DNA of 64,000 nucleotides, from positions 1-64,000 of IMG/VR virus record IMGVR_UViG_3300037264_007739; one strand, 5' to 3'. The translations under genes and the position numbers were made by a program. The notes under the pieces are model-generated. The model did not search any database, had not been told where the DNA came from, and was given only the letters and a program-made list of their open reading frames with translations. Origin of the DNA: a virus. Positions 36,255-46,800 of this stretch are shown here, piece by piece. Each line of letters starts with the position of its first letter. Position 1 is the first letter of the stretch.

Positions 36255-36505
36255 CGCCGGTCCTCCTCTACGAGCACGGCGATCACCTCTGGCTCGCCCA
36301 CGAGCTTGAACGTGTGATGCCGCTGCGCGACCTCGGCATCGGATGCCGGCGCCTTCCGCTCGATCAGATTGCGCAGCGCTCCGAGCGCAGAGTCCTTCCC
36401 CTGCTTCATGACCTGTTCGAGCCCGCAGTCGCTACCCCAGTGATCGCCGGTCGCGATCTCCAGCATGACGCGAACGCGAGCGGTCGCCTTCACCTGCTTG
36501 CTCAC
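36251..36505 (-). CDS. hypothetical protein (VSKQVKATARV...)
   Basis: GTGA overlap with the MazG gene; GAGG SD. Confidence 0.55.
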   Translation of the reverse strand: MSKQVKATARVRVMLEIATGDHWGSDCGLEQVMKQGKDSALGALRNLIERKAPASDAEVAQRHHTFKLVGEPEVIAVLVEEDRR

Positions 36506-37026
36506 GGCTGCACCTCGCCGCCGGTGACGGAGTTTTTCTTGAAGTCGCGGAGCTTCACCTTCGCCCAGACCGGTTCGGTGATCTCCATGAGCGTCCAGCC
36601 GAAGTGCTTGGCGATCGATTCGAGATCGGTGAGCACGCACAGCAAGTCCTGTTGTGCCTTTTCGGCGTGCTGCTCGGCCGATCCGCGGATCCCTTGTTCG
36701 GTCTTGAGTTGATGGTGGGCGACCGCGCCCATCGCGATGAAGATGTCCCCGAGCCAGTCTATTGGCTTGTCTGCGGGTACGGCGGCCACTTTCGGGAAGA
36801 TCGATTCGTAGTCCCAGCCGCGTTTCGTGCAGTAGTCGGCGCAGAACACGACGAAGTCGGCCAGGCTGTCACGGATGTCCTCGGTGTCCTCTCGGTCGAT
36901 GGCCCTTCCTAGCTCGCCGAGCTCCTCGATCATGCCGAGGAGCGGTTGATGCGGCTGCCCTGGGCCAAAATTCCATTCAACCCACGGGCGTTGTTCTTCT
37001 TGGAGCTGTCCAGGTGTGAGCGTCAT
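36502..37026 (-). CDS. MazG-like nucleotide pyrophosphohydrolase with a duplicated, degenerate second half
   Basis: EELGEL...D.LAD; second repeat ends W.KVK.RDF. Confidence 0.8.
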   Translation of the reverse strand: MTLTPGQLQEEQRPWVEWNFGPGQPHQPLLGMIEELGELGRAIDREDTEDIRDSLADFVVFCADYCTKRGWDYESIFPKVAAVPADKPIDWLGDIFIAMGAVAHHQLKTEQGIRGSAEQHAEKAQQDLLCVLTDLESIAKHFGWTLMEITEPVWAKVKLRDFKKNSVTGGEVQP

Positions 37027-37094
37027 GTTTTCTTCTCCATGAATAGTTCGACGTAGCCATGATCCAGAACATCGATCCTTGTCATGTCATCCCT

Positions 37095-37370
37095 CTATTC
37101 AAAATCACCGCAACTCAGAAAAAAGCCGCAGCCTTCAGTTTTGCAAGTCAGCTTGCATTTGTGTTTGGTGAGCACCTCTCCGCAGTTGGGACACCGAGCT
37201 TGCTCTCCGAAGATCTGCTCGCGCCAGGCAAGGAGCTTTTTCGCGAACTCGGCGCGCTCGCCTTCAAGGCGAAGATGCTTCGGGGTCTTCGGGTCGAGCG
37301 CGACCCGAATGAGCATTGTCGGCGTCGAAGCAAGCCGCGTCTCGAAGTCGTCTGTGGGAACGGGCTTCAC
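37095..37370 (-). CDS. small protein with C-terminal Zn finger
   Basis: CPNCG...CKLTC...CGFFLSC. Confidence 0.65.
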   Translation of the reverse strand: MKPVPTDDFETRLASTPTMLIRVALDPKTPKHLRLEGERAEFAKKLLAWREQIFGEQARCPNCGEVLTKHKCKLTCKTEGCGFFLSCGDFE

Positions 37371-38305
37371 GATCGAGCTTCCTCCTTCGAGAGCTGGCGC
37401 GAGAGCTTCCGCTTCACCGAGGTGATCGCTAGCTTCAGGACGTCGAAGTCGGCGAGCGCCTTCGTGTCGCCGTTCATGATGAAGTCTATGAGCCCGATCG
37501 CGACCTGCACTTCCTTCCCACGCTTGTCGTAGAACTCGAGCTCTTCCTTGAGGAGCTTGAGCTCGCGGCGCCCCCAGGTCTTCTTGCGCTCCGGCGGGGT
37601 GTAGTCGTGCCCGTTCTGCTGGGCCTTCACGACGTCTTTCACCTCGTGGTTCTTGGTCGCGCTGTTCTCTTTGAGCTTGACGAGAACGGCCTCTTGCTCT
37701 TCGCGCGGGACTTCGGCGAGTGCGTCGATCGAACCGATGGGCACTTCACCGGAATCGATCGCCTTCTGCGCCGCCGCCGACAGGTTGAGGAAGCGCAGGA
37801 GACTTGCGATGCGCTTCGGGCTCATGCCGCACGCCTTGGCGATCTCCTCGTTCGAGCGCCCGAGCTTGTTCACGGCGCGCACCTTCCACGCGAGCGACTT
37901 CACCGACTCGTTCTTTCGGTGCGCGTTCTCGGCGATCGCGATGAGGAGCATGTCGGCGTCGTCGCCGTGGACGAACGTCACCGGGATCTTCGCCGCCTCG
38001 GTGCCCTTGCCACGACGCGTGTTCGCCTCGATCAGGTGTCGCGTGCGCCGGCGTCCAGCGATGACCTGAACGATGAGCTTGCCACCCGAGACGCCGTTGT
38101 CGCGGCAGACGATCGGCTGGAGCACGCCGCGCTCCATGATGTCGAGGACGAGCGCTTCGTCGAGCGGGTCCTCGGCGCGAGGATCGTAGAGCACGTGCGT
38201 CTTGTCCGTAATGATCGTGAGCGCCTCCGGGTCGACGTACGTGATCGTCCCTCGGCTTGCGTCCACCCCTGCATCCTTCAACTTGTCGGCTATCGACTTG
38301 GCCAA
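37367..38305 (-). CDS. ParB/RepB/Spo0J-family protein
   Basis: DIMERGVLQPI, IAGRRR, AEN.HR, HTH; AGGAGGGG SD. Confidence 0.88.
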   Translation of the reverse strand: MAKSIADKLKDAGVDASRGTITYVDPEALTIITDKTHVLYDPRAEDPLDEALVLDIMERGVLQPIVCRDNGVSGGKLIVQVIAGRRRTRHLIEANTRRGKGTEAAKIPVTFVHGDDADMLLIAIAENAHRKNESVKSLAWKVRAVNKLGRSNEEIAKACGMSPKRIASLLRFLNLSAAAQKAIDSGEVPIGSIDALAEVPREEQEAVLVKLKENSATKNHEVKDVVKAQQNGHDYTPPERKKTWGRRELKLLKEELEFYDKRGKEVQVAIGLIDFIMNGDTKALADFDVLKLAITSVKRKLSRQLSKEEARS

Positions 38306-38318
38306 GATGTCATCCCTC

Positions 38319-38492
38319 CTATTGGATCACCGCGAGCCGACTGCGCTTCGACTCTATGATCTGTTTTTCATCCTTCGAGTACGCGGTCTCTTGAAGCTGC
38401 TCGACTTTGGATTTCGCCTTTTCGATTTCGGCTCCGGGCTTTCGCTTCGGTTCCTTCTTTGCCTTTCGTTCATTCCACGTGGTTTCGCTCAT
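38319..38492 (-). CDS. small basic protein (MSETTWNER...)
   Basis: GAGG SD and ATGA overlap. Confidence 0.5.
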   Translation of the reverse strand: MSETTWNERKAKKEPKRKPGAEIEKAKSKVEQLQETAYSKDEKQIIESKRSRLAVIQ

Positions 38493-39022
38493 CCCTCGTC
38501 CTCGCCGATTGCGCGGATCGTCTCGATGAGGCTCCCGTCCTTGTCGAGCACGACCTGGTTCTCGTGCAGAAGCTCGAGCCGCTGTTCTTTCGTCAGATGG
38601 TGCACGGTCATCTTGCTGTTCACGACGAGGTACTGGATCTTGGCCCCGGTCTCTTTGAAGTGATCCTGCGAGAGCGCGTAGAGACTTCGACGGAAGAGAC
38701 GGAGCTGCCGCTCGGGCACGGCGTCCTCGATCGCCAGGATCACCACGTCGCCATGCTGTGGCTGCACGTGGTGGATGATGGTTTGGATCATGACGCTCTG
38801 GCCTCTCGGCAATGACTTGTCTGGTTGAACCAAGTCGCAATCCTTGCTGTGCTTCCCCTGCGCGGCGTCGCAGTTACAGACCTTGTTGCGGACGACGAGG
38901 TCGATCGCTGTGTTTCGTGCCGTCGCCTTTCGACGCGTCACCGTTGGGTCATCCCCGAGCGATGATGATTTCACAGTCCGGCTCGTGCTCACCGCCGGGA
39001 CATTCTTTCTTGCCTTCGGCAC
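38489..39022 (-). CDS. hypothetical protein
   Basis: Operon spacing and codon usage. Confidence 0.6.
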   Translation of the reverse strand: MPKARKNVPAVSTSRTVKSSSLGDDPTVTRRKATARNTAIDLVVRNKVCNCDAAQGKHSKDCDLVQPDKSLPRGQSVMIQTIIHHVQPQHGDVVILAIEDAVPERQLRLFRRSLYALSQDHFKETGAKIQYLVVNSKMTVHHLTKEQRLELLHENQVVLDKDGSLIETIRAIGEDEG

Positions 39023-39024
39023 GT

Positions 39025-39234
39025 TTACCTCGTCCCAAACGGTGCTGGGAGCTCCAGCTCGATCGGCTCAGCGATGATCGCTTTGAGCTCGTCGCCGTCG
39101 ATCCAGGTTTTCTTGATCCCCGCGAGCGGCTTTTTCTCGAAGCGTTTCTGCGCCGATTCGATCGCCTCCTGCGTGATGAAGTCGCCCGTGTAGCCTCGGT
39201 GACCAACTTTCATGAGCGTGACCTCGTACTCCAC
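39025..39234 (-). CDS. hypothetical protein
   Basis: GAGG SD; tight spacing. Confidence 0.55.
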   Translation of the reverse strand: MEYEVTLMKVGHRGYTGDFITQEAIESAQKRFEKKPLAGIKKTWIDGDELKAIIAEPIELELPAPFGTR

Positions 39235-39236
39235 AG

Positions 39237-41897
39237 CTACCTCTCGATCACGAGCCAGCCGGCTGGGACTTCGTCCTTGCGCACGCCGCAGACCATCGCC
39301 TGCGTGAGCGCGCCGGTGTCGACGGCCTCCTTGATCTTCGCGAGGAGCGTCTGGAGGTTCTCAGGACTCGAGTGAAACGGCCCCAAGTCCTCGTCGTCGA
39401 GGGTGAGGAATCGCGCCGGGGCGCCCTCAGTCCACGCGAGCGCGAGCGCGACGAGAAGGCTTGCTTTCTCAGCGCCGCACATCGTGTGCCGGTTGTGGGG
39501 CCGGTTGTCGGCGCCGATCGATCGCCACTCGCAACCGCCGCCCGAGAGATCGAGCTTCGCCGTGAAGCCGACCGGCATATACTTGTTGACCGCCGTCTCG
39601 GCGCCGACCGCGACCTGCTGGAGCAAGTTTTGGAGGAGCGTCTCGGCCTCCTTCTCGAGCACCTTGGCGATTGCTTGCTCGTTCCGCTTCTCGCGGATCG
39701 TGGTCTCGAGCTGCGCCGTCATCGTGCGCATGTTCTCGGTCTCGCGGAGCGTGTCGATCTTCGCCTTGATGCTCGCGCTCGACTCCGAGATCGCCGCTGG
39801 CGCCGATGCGAGCACCTGCTGGAGCGCTTGGATTCGAGCCTGTGTCGTGGCCGCCGATCCTTTCAGGATGCCGCGCTTCGTGTCGTGACTCCCCTTCGCG
39901 CGGTCGTAGGACGACTTCTCCTGCGTGAGGCGGTCCTTCGTCTGCGCAATGTTCTGGTCGATCGTCCGAATACGCGCCTGGAGCTGCTCATGTGCCGGTC
40001 CGCGTTCTTGGATGATGGCGGCGAGCTTGTTTCGACACGCGACGGGGTCGATCTCGACGTCGAGGATCGGGAACGTCGTCGCGCTCGCTTGGATCATCGC
40101 CGCAAAGATGTCGTCGAGCGCTTGGATCCGCTTCAGTCTTGGTGCGAGAAGCGCGGCCTCGTCGACGAACTTCTGGCGCTCGACGTTCGCGTCGGCGATC
40201 GCGCCGTTCATGACCTGATCGAGCTGGGTGAATTTCTCGCCCCACTGCACGATCTCGCTATCCTGGCGGAGAAACTCGTTCGCCTGCGTCTCGAGGCCGG
40301 CGTACTCCTGCTCGGAAAGCTGGAGCTGCCGGCGTGTGCTCTCGAGGTTCTCGTACGCAACCGCCGCCTTGAATTGCTCCTCGAGCTGCGGGATGAGCTC
40401 GGCACCGGCAGCGGCCTCGGCGAGCTTCGTCTGCGCTTCCTTGAGCTGCTTGTCCGCCGCGTTTGCTTCCTTCCCGAGCGCGAGCTTCTTGGACGCCATC
40501 ACGCGGTTCATCTCGGAGAGGATCTCGGAGGCGTCGCTCGTCTTCGCCGCGACTTCTTCGATCGTCGTGCGCCAGAAGATCGTCTGATCGGAGTTGAGCC
40601 CCTTCGGCATCGGCACGCCTGCTTGATGCGCGGTGACACCGTGGCCGAAGCGCTGAAAGATCGCGCGCCGTGCCTTCACGTCGCCGACGAGGAAGTTCTT
40701 CATCGTCGTCGCAGGAAGCGCTCGGTCTCGGGCTTCCTGCCCGTCGAGCACCTTGAGTGCGCCAAAGTATTCGGGCTTCTCGGGCGGCTTCTTGCCGTCC
40801 TTCACCTCGTAGTGCGCCGACCCTGTCGTCGAGATCAGCATCGAGGAGATCTCATCGGCGCCCTCGGGCGCGTACTCCATGTAGTCCTGCGCGTGAACGC
40901 AGCCGGGCGCCTTGCCGGTGATTCCCATCTCGAAGGCGACGCGCGTCGCTGTCTTGCCGCGACGATTCCCACCGCAGACCGCCATGAGCGGCGCCAGGGC
41001 TACATCACCGTGGAGCCCCTTCAGGTTCGCCTTCATCGAATTGAAAGGCTCGATCTTCGCGGGCGCAGCCGATGTTTGAATCCCGCCGACGCTCGGCGTG
41101 AAGCCAACGCCGAGACCGAGCGGTGTCCCCATGAGGTTCGTGCCGACGTTGCCGACGTGCGCGGGCGGCGCGTGACCGTTGCCGGCCCCGTTGCTCGCAG
41201 GCGCAGCCGTCACTGGTGCGCCGAAGCCGAACGGGTCGTCCGCCGTCGCGATGGCTTCACGGTCCTGTTCGATATCGGTCTCGTCGGTCAGAACAACGCC
41301 TTCGCCTTCGTTGATCGACACGGGATCGGTCTTCGACTTCTTGGTGCTCACGGTCTTTCGTTTCGCCATGGTCATCCCTCTCTTTTCTGCTTCTGCTTTT
41401 GCGTCCCACGGTCGCATTCGCGGACCGTCGGGCGGTGGGTTCGGTGTGTAGATTACGACTGCGCTCGGGAACGTCGCCCCGCTCTCGGCGCCCTCGAATT
41501 GAATGCGGCCCTTGATGAGCCGGACCTCGGTGGCGCCGTCGACGACATGTGAAAACCACCATTGAGTGTCGGGCCGCGCCGGCACGAGCATGATGACGAC
41601 GCCCGGATGCGCGCGAACTTCGGCTTTGGCTTTTGCCATCCACGCGCCGATGCCACGTCCATATGGAGGATTCACAAATACACTGAGTATATCGCCAGCG
41701 CTCAGGTTCGATGGACCGAGCCACGGCTGCACGAGCGCGTCGTCTTTCTCGGTCCAAAAGAGCGAGCACTTCGCGTTTTCGGGCGACGCCGCCGCGTCGA
41801 GATCGAAGGAAAACTCGAGATGGAGAAGACTGAAGAGCCACGACGGCGTCGCCCAGTCCATTTTCTCGCTCGAAGTGAGCACGGCGTGACCCTTCAT
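39237..41897 (-). CDS. phage DNA N6-adenine methyltransferase in frame with an SbcC/Rad50/SMC-like ATPase
   Basis: W.TP, FDLDAAAS..NAKC, VFVNPPYG, LVPARPDT.W, GRIQF; then GGNRRGKT, long coiled coil, CGAEK, LTLDDED. Confidence 0.85.
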   Translation of the reverse strand: MKGHAVLTSSEKMDWATPSWLFSLLHLEFSFDLDAAASPENAKCSLFWTEKDDALVQPWLGPSNLSAGDILSVFVNPPYGRGIGAWMAKAKAEVRAHPGVVIMLVPARPDTQWWFSHVVDGATEVRLIKGRIQFEGAESGATFPSAVVIYTPNPPPDGPRMRPWDAKAEAEKRGMTMAKRKTVSTKKSKTDPVSINEGEGVVLTDETDIEQDREAIATADDPFGFGAPVTAAPASNGAGNGHAPPAHVGNVGTNLMGTPLGLGVGFTPSVGGIQTSAAPAKIEPFNSMKANLKGLHGDVALAPLMAVCGGNRRGKTATRVAFEMGITGKAPGCVHAQDYMEYAPEGADEISSMLISTTGSAHYEVKDGKKPPEKPEYFGALKVLDGQEARDRALPATTMKNFLVGDVKARRAIFQRFGHGVTAHQAGVPMPKGLNSDQTIFWRTTIEEVAAKTSDASEILSEMNRVMASKKLALGKEANAADKQLKEAQTKLAEAAAGAELIPQLEEQFKAAVAYENLESTRRQLQLSEQEYAGLETQANEFLRQDSEIVQWGEKFTQLDQVMNGAIADANVERQKFVDEAALLAPRLKRIQALDDIFAAMIQASATTFPILDVEIDPVACRNKLAAIIQERGPAHEQLQARIRTIDQNIAQTKDRLTQEKSSYDRAKGSHDTKRGILKGSAATTQARIQALQQVLASAPAAISESSASIKAKIDTLRETENMRTMTAQLETTIREKRNEQAIAKVLEKEAETLLQNLLQQVAVGAETAVNKYMPVGFTAKLDLSGGGCEWRSIGADNRPHNRHTMCGAEKASLLVALALAWTEGAPARFLTLDDEDLGPFHSSPENLQTLLAKIKEAVDTGALTQAMVCGVRKDEVPAGWLVIER

Positions 41898-41907
41898 CGA
41901 AGTCTCC

Positions 41908-42096
41908 CTATTTCGCCTGTCTCAAGATCGTTCGCAGATCTCCGACGTTCTCTGCGTTCTGCATGACTACGATGTCCATCCATGACGCCAAGCCGAGCCA
42001 GCCCGCAATCGCGTTGCTCGCGCGGTAAATCATCTCGCGGTCCCGAATGTTCTTCGGATCGTTTCCGTAGTGCGACCGCACCACAGCGAGCACCAT
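41908..42096 (-). CDS. hypothetical protein
   Basis: Tight operon spacing. Confidence 0.5.
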   Translation of the reverse strand: MVLAVVRSHYGNDPKNIRDREMIYRASNAIAGWLGLASWMDIVVMQNAENVGDLRTILRQAK

Positions 42097-42204
42097 TCAG
42101 AGACTTCCGTCGCGGCGGACGGCCCCTTTTCGGCTATCGAGAATCGCAGCCTTCGCAGCCTTCTTGTCTTTTGCCGTGAGCTTGAGTGTTGCCTCGCGGT
42201 TCAT
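42097..42204 (-). CDS. small basic protein, 35 aa (MNREATLKLTAKDKK...)
   Basis: Not in the ORF track. Exactly fills the gap; TGATG coupling. Confidence 0.45.
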   Translation of the reverse strand: MNREATLKLTAKDKKAAKAAILDSRKGAVRRDGSL

Positions 42205-42500
42205 CAGTAGCCTCTCAGTCCCTTCGAGCCGCCGTAGAGGCTCTCAGCGATCCCGTGGACCATCGTCCGAATCAGCTCGATCTTGTGGTCGGCAATGCTT
42301 GCGGCTTGCACTGCCGCGTTGACCGCGCTCTTGATCTTTTCGTACTTCTCATCGGGGAGCACGAGCGGTACGAGGATCTCTTCGTCGAGAACCTTTGCGA
42401 GCTCGGAGACCGCGAGCGAGAACTCGCTATGGTACGACTGCGTGATCTCGTGGATGTACGAAGGATTGAACTCCTTCGGTTGCTCGAGAACAAATTGCAT
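42204..42500 (-). CDS. hypothetical protein (MQFVLEQPKEF...)
   Basis: GGAGGG SD; TGATG coupling. Confidence 0.6.
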   Translation of the reverse strand: MQFVLEQPKEFNPSYIHEITQSYHSEFSLAVSELAKVLDEEILVPLVLPDEKYEKIKSAVNAAVQAASIADHKIELIRTMVHGIAESLYGGSKGLRGY

Positions 42501-42832
42501 CAGCCCTCCGCCTCGACATTGCCGGAGACGATCTGCCCGACCGCCATCCCGATCTCGAGGAGCTCCTCGGCGGTGTACTTCGAGCGCTCTTCGGGCGTGC
42601 CGAAGAACGGGTGCTCGGCGCCCCAGAACTCGTAGATGCGCTTGGCGACCTCGAGCGAGTAGTACCCGCTCGCGTAGCCGAGATGCTCCTTGATCACCGC
42701 TTCGGCGTGATCGCGTTCGACGCCGGTCGCTGCCATCACGAGGCCGATCTCGTGCTCGAACCACTTGGTGGCGTCTTCCTTCGATGTGCAGCGCAGCGCA
42801 CCGCGCTCGAACCATGACTTGAGATTCATCAT
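42500..42832 (-). CDS. hypothetical protein
   Basis: GAGGAG SD; LGY.SGYY...HP.FG. Confidence 0.65.
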   Translation of the reverse strand: MMNLKSWFERGALRCTSKEDATKWFEHEIGLVMAATGVERDHAEAVIKEHLGYASGYYSLEVAKRIYEFWGAEHPFFGTPEERSKYTAEELLEIGMAVGQIVSGNVEAEG

Positions 42833-43410
42833 CGATTGCTCTCCTCTTTGACGTGATTCCGAATCGACGGCCAGCTCATGAGCCGAAGCAACTTCGTGGC
42901 GCTGCCGTTCGGTGTTTGGTTGTACGAAGCGTCGAACAGAAAGGCGCGCTCGTATGCGTTCGCCGCGCTCGTCCAGCGGTGCGCCCAGGCTTCGACCGTC
43001 TCGAGCTTGTCGTCGATGAGTAGGTCGCCGTGGACACGCGCCTTCTTATTGCCGGGCACGGACATCATGTGGTCGTGCGAGATGTCGAAGTGCTTCTTGA
43101 GCCACGCACGACGGACGCCCTCCCAGTCCTTGCAGGAGTGGAATGGTGCGGTGATTGCGACGACCTCGTAGCCGATCTCGCGCAGGTGCTCGACGCCCTC
43201 ACGCGCGCCATCGAGAACGGGGATCGCGAGCCACCAGTCCGGGTCGTGCCAGAGCTTCTTGAGCTCGGCTTTTTCCTTTTCATCGAGATAGTCGCGGATC
43301 TCCCAGGTGACGATCTCGCTCGGCTTCACCCGTCCGCCGACGCAAGTGAGCGTGTGCGGCGTGAAGGCGGCGAGTACGCCGTCGACGTCGATGAGTGCGG
43401 TGCGGTTCAT
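42829..43410 (-). CDS. 5'(3')-deoxyribonucleotidase (HAD, NT5C-like)
   Basis: DVDGVLA, WL.KHF, K..V.GD.LIDD, LF...YN. Confidence 0.9.
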   Translation of the reverse strand: MNRTALIDVDGVLAAFTPHTLTCVGGRVKPSEIVTWEIRDYLDEKEKAELKKLWHDPDWWLAIPVLDGAREGVEHLREIGYEVVAITAPFHSCKDWEGVRRAWLKKHFDISHDHMMSVPGNKKARVHGDLLIDDKLETVEAWAHRWTSAANAYERAFLFDASYNQTPNGSATKLLRLMSWPSIRNHVKEESNR

Positions 43411-43604
43411 TCTGAGTCCTCTTCTCCCCGATTCGGCAGCCCGTGGTTTGCGTATCCAGTTTCGACAAGCGACTTGAGCTGATCGAATACGCGCTCTGCG
43501 TCTTCATCGAGGCTCACATTGAACGTGAATGCGCCGTCGTTGGGGTCCAAGTAGTCGATGCCGATGCATGAGCCCTTACGCCAAAGCGACTTGAAATTAT
43601 CCAT
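43407..43604 (-). CDS. hypothetical protein
   Basis: GAGGAG SD. Confidence 0.55.
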   Translation of the reverse strand: MDNFKSLWRKGSCIGIDYLDPNDGAFTFNVSLDEDAERVFDQLKSLVETGYANHGLPNRGEEDSE

Positions 43605-43833
43605 CCGTCTCCTCCTCTTGATGGGTGAAGATGCTCGGCGGCGTAATCGTGCACCGTGCGTCGTTGAGTCCGTCGGCGATGAGTTGCGCGAGATCGACGG
43701 ACTTCAGATCAGGCCGCACGTAGCGTCCGACGACGAAGTACCCGTCACCGCAGAAGGCGAGGATCCTCTCGTCGTTCCTGAGATCAGGAATCCGACGAGC
43801 GGTCTCGTCCATCTTCACGACCCGGGCACTCAT
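43597..43833 (-). CDS. hypothetical protein
   Basis: ATGA overlap with the pol gene. Confidence 0.55.
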   Translation of the reverse strand: MSARVVKMDETARRIPDLRNDERILAFCGDGYFVVGRYVRPDLKSVDLAQLIADGLNDARCTITPPSIFTHQEEETDG

Positions 43834-46800
43834 GCGTTGTCCGCCAAGTTTCTCGAGGCTTTGGCTTCAGCAAAGATCGGCATCTTCCACCCGTCGGCGC
43901 ACGTCATCTCGGTGCGCATGCACTTGTTGAAGATCTTGATCGTCTCGTCGGCACGCTCTTCGGGCACGAACGCCGCGAGGTAGTCGTGGATGTCCATGCA
44001 GAGCCCCGTGTAGCGCGACCACTTGCCGAACGGGATCTCCTCGTGGAGCCGCAGGATCGCTTCGTTCTTGATCTCGCCGGCCGCGCCTTGGATCTCGTGG
44101 TTGGGCGGCGCGTTCTTCTTGTTGGGCCCGCCAACGAAGAAGCGCTTGCGCTGCGACATGATCGGCGTCATCGCGTAGCCGTTGCGCCGAACGAAGTCGT
44201 GCACGCGACGGTGCCACCGCTTCGTCTCGGGGTGGCGCTTCTCCCAGCGCTCCTCCCACTCGGCGACGCGGGATGGCTGAAGGTTCGGGAAGACGCGCTT
44301 GCCGGTCGCCTTGTCGCGCTCGGAGCTCATCGCGGAGAAGAGCTTGTCTTCCTCGCCGCCGTAATTCTTCAAGTAACACACGCGTTTTGCGACCGTGCGG
44401 ATGTACTTCATCTCGGACTTCTCGTCCTTGGTGCCGTAGAAGTGCTTCCGCATGAACTCGCCGTAGAGCGGCATGATGTCGCTCTCGTGCTCGGCCATGA
44501 TCGTCGCCGCGTTGAGGCAGTGCGGGTCGGAGTGATCCTTCCCGTTCACGACGAGCGTCTCCTTGAAGGACCGCAGGACGTACTGATCGTCGGCGACGAC
44601 GCCGTAGATTCGGAGCTCGATCTGCTCGTAGTCGGCGCCGACGATCACGTGCCCTGGGGGCGCGATGATCATCTTGCGCATGTTCGTAGGCTTGCCGTCG
44701 ACGGTCCATCCACGCGATGGCCAGTTCTGGATCGTGGGTTCGCAGACCCAGCGGCCTCCTGGAATTACATGAATTTTCCACGTCACCGGCATCCACGAGA
44801 TCTCGGGACGCGCCGGTAGGATCTCGGCGTTGTCGATGATGACGGGGTCGAGCTGCCCGAGGCACGCGAGGAAAGCGCGCATCGCCTTCACGTCACCCTT
44901 CCAGGTGATCGTCTCGTCGTGCATCACGGTCCAGTCGTAGTGGACCTTGAGGTTGTCGATGTACGACCCTCGTAGCTTGTCGCACGCTCTGAACTCGAGC
45001 TCGGCGTTGATGAACTGCTCGGCCTGGTCGTCGACGCCGAAGTCGAGGAGCTTCATCAGTGACGGCGTCGATGACGAAGCATCGTCGCCGGGCTCCCATT
45101 CGTAGCCTTCGGTGTTGAGCGGCGGCGCATAGCCCTTCTGCCCGTAGAGGAAGTCTTTCACCTGCGGCGGCGAGCGCGGGTTGAAGTCGTTGCGCGCGAC
45201 GATCGTGCGGATCTTGTCTGTGAGCCCTCGGGTGATCTTGTTGAACTTGAGGGAGAGGTCGCCGCGCTCCTTCTCGTCGATGAAGAGGCCGAGGCGCCCC
45301 ATGTCGCGCGCGATCGGCGCGAGGTTCGAGTCGAGGCGGAACTGCGGCACGTTGCCGCACTCGACGATGCGGTTCTCGATGATTGGCTGGATCCGCATTG
45401 TGATCAGCACGTCTTTTGAGTTGTAGAGGTGTAGATCGCTGTCCTTCTCGGTGTTCTCGTCAGCTTTGTGGTCAACGTCGTGCTTCCAGAGAGGCGCCTC
45501 GGTGAATTGTCGGGCGCAGAATCCAAGGTCGTGTGGAAGGTCGTTGGAGTCGGTGTTCTTTTGCCCGACCATCGTGTCGAACCAGATCTTCGACACGTCG
45601 GTCATGAGGCCGAGACGGAGAAGAACGCCGGTGTCGAAGAGCCCGTTGTGGAATGTCAGGTGGCACGTGTCGATCGCGCGCCGAATGGCGTCCTCGACGC
45701 GCGTTCGATGCGACCGGTTCCGCCAGAACTCGCGGCCGGAGCGCCACAGGAGCGGGGCAGAGATGACGCGCTCTTGTTGTCCAATCAGAGACGAAACGGT
45801 CATGCCCATGCCGACGACGCGGATGAGGCACCGAACGCCGATCGAATCGGTCTCGATGTCGACGGTGAGCCGCGCGACGCCGGCGTTCGCTACGAACCAC
45901 GCCGAGTGCTCTTCGATAATCCGTACGCGGGTCTCGTCGTCCTCGGGCCATTTCTCGAAGTAGGCGAAGTTCGGCTCGTGCCAGTCGATCTTGTTTCCGC
46001 GCTTGGCGATATGCGCTGCCCGAGCGATGTTGTCGCGGACGACCTGCGTGTACTGCCGATTGTTCCGCATCGCGAACGCAGGATGCAGTGATGAGGCGAG
46101 GATCGTTCCGTCTGGCATGACAGCCGGTGAGCCGTGCTGCCCCTTGATCGTGGAGAGCACGGTGTTGCCCCTGGTGCTCCTGACGTTCAGCCCGTAGGAG
46201 ACGCCATAGTGATGCGCCATCGCGCGCAGAGCCTTGCCGCCGACGGCGAGCACGGTCTTCGACGCCGAGACGTTCATCTCGTAGAGCAGACGCGGCGCGC
46301 AGGCTTCGAGCGGCGAGATCTTTCGTTCAGGTGGTGGAAGACCGCGTTTCTCGGCGTCCTCGCACGCCTTCTTGTGAGCACGTGTCAGCTTCTCGAGGTA
46401 GTCGTCGAAGTCCTCTGGTGGTTGGCAGAGAATTGTGTTCGTGATCGTGCAGTCGTTCCGCGCGAGACCGCCCTGCGCGAGTGATTGATCGAGCTCGACT
46501 CCGCTTGCTCCACAGTTATGCACCACGAAGCCGTTTGCGATAAATGTTCCGGCCGTAGTCTGAATATCGACGACCTCTCTGGCGCCGTGTGTATCCTTCG
46601 ACAGGACTTCCGATTCGCTGAGTCGCGCCTCTGGTGGGCGTGATCCGAGCATTCGGACGAGATCGTTCAAGAGCCGCGTCGGCCGTGTGACGCCAAGGAA
46701 CCTCAGAGAGGCATTGAACCCACCAGCAATGTGCCGGCGTGCGCAGACGACGCCGTTCTTCCTAGACTCCTCCTTCGCGCGAAGGGAGAAACCGAGACTG

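Noticed and set aside
39372-41552. Long antisense ORFs (726 aa here; also 4849-6057, 7683-8999, 26161-27573, 53165-54640)
   Set aside because: Shadow ORFs expected from high GC and strong codon bias on the opposite strand; no motifs or SD.
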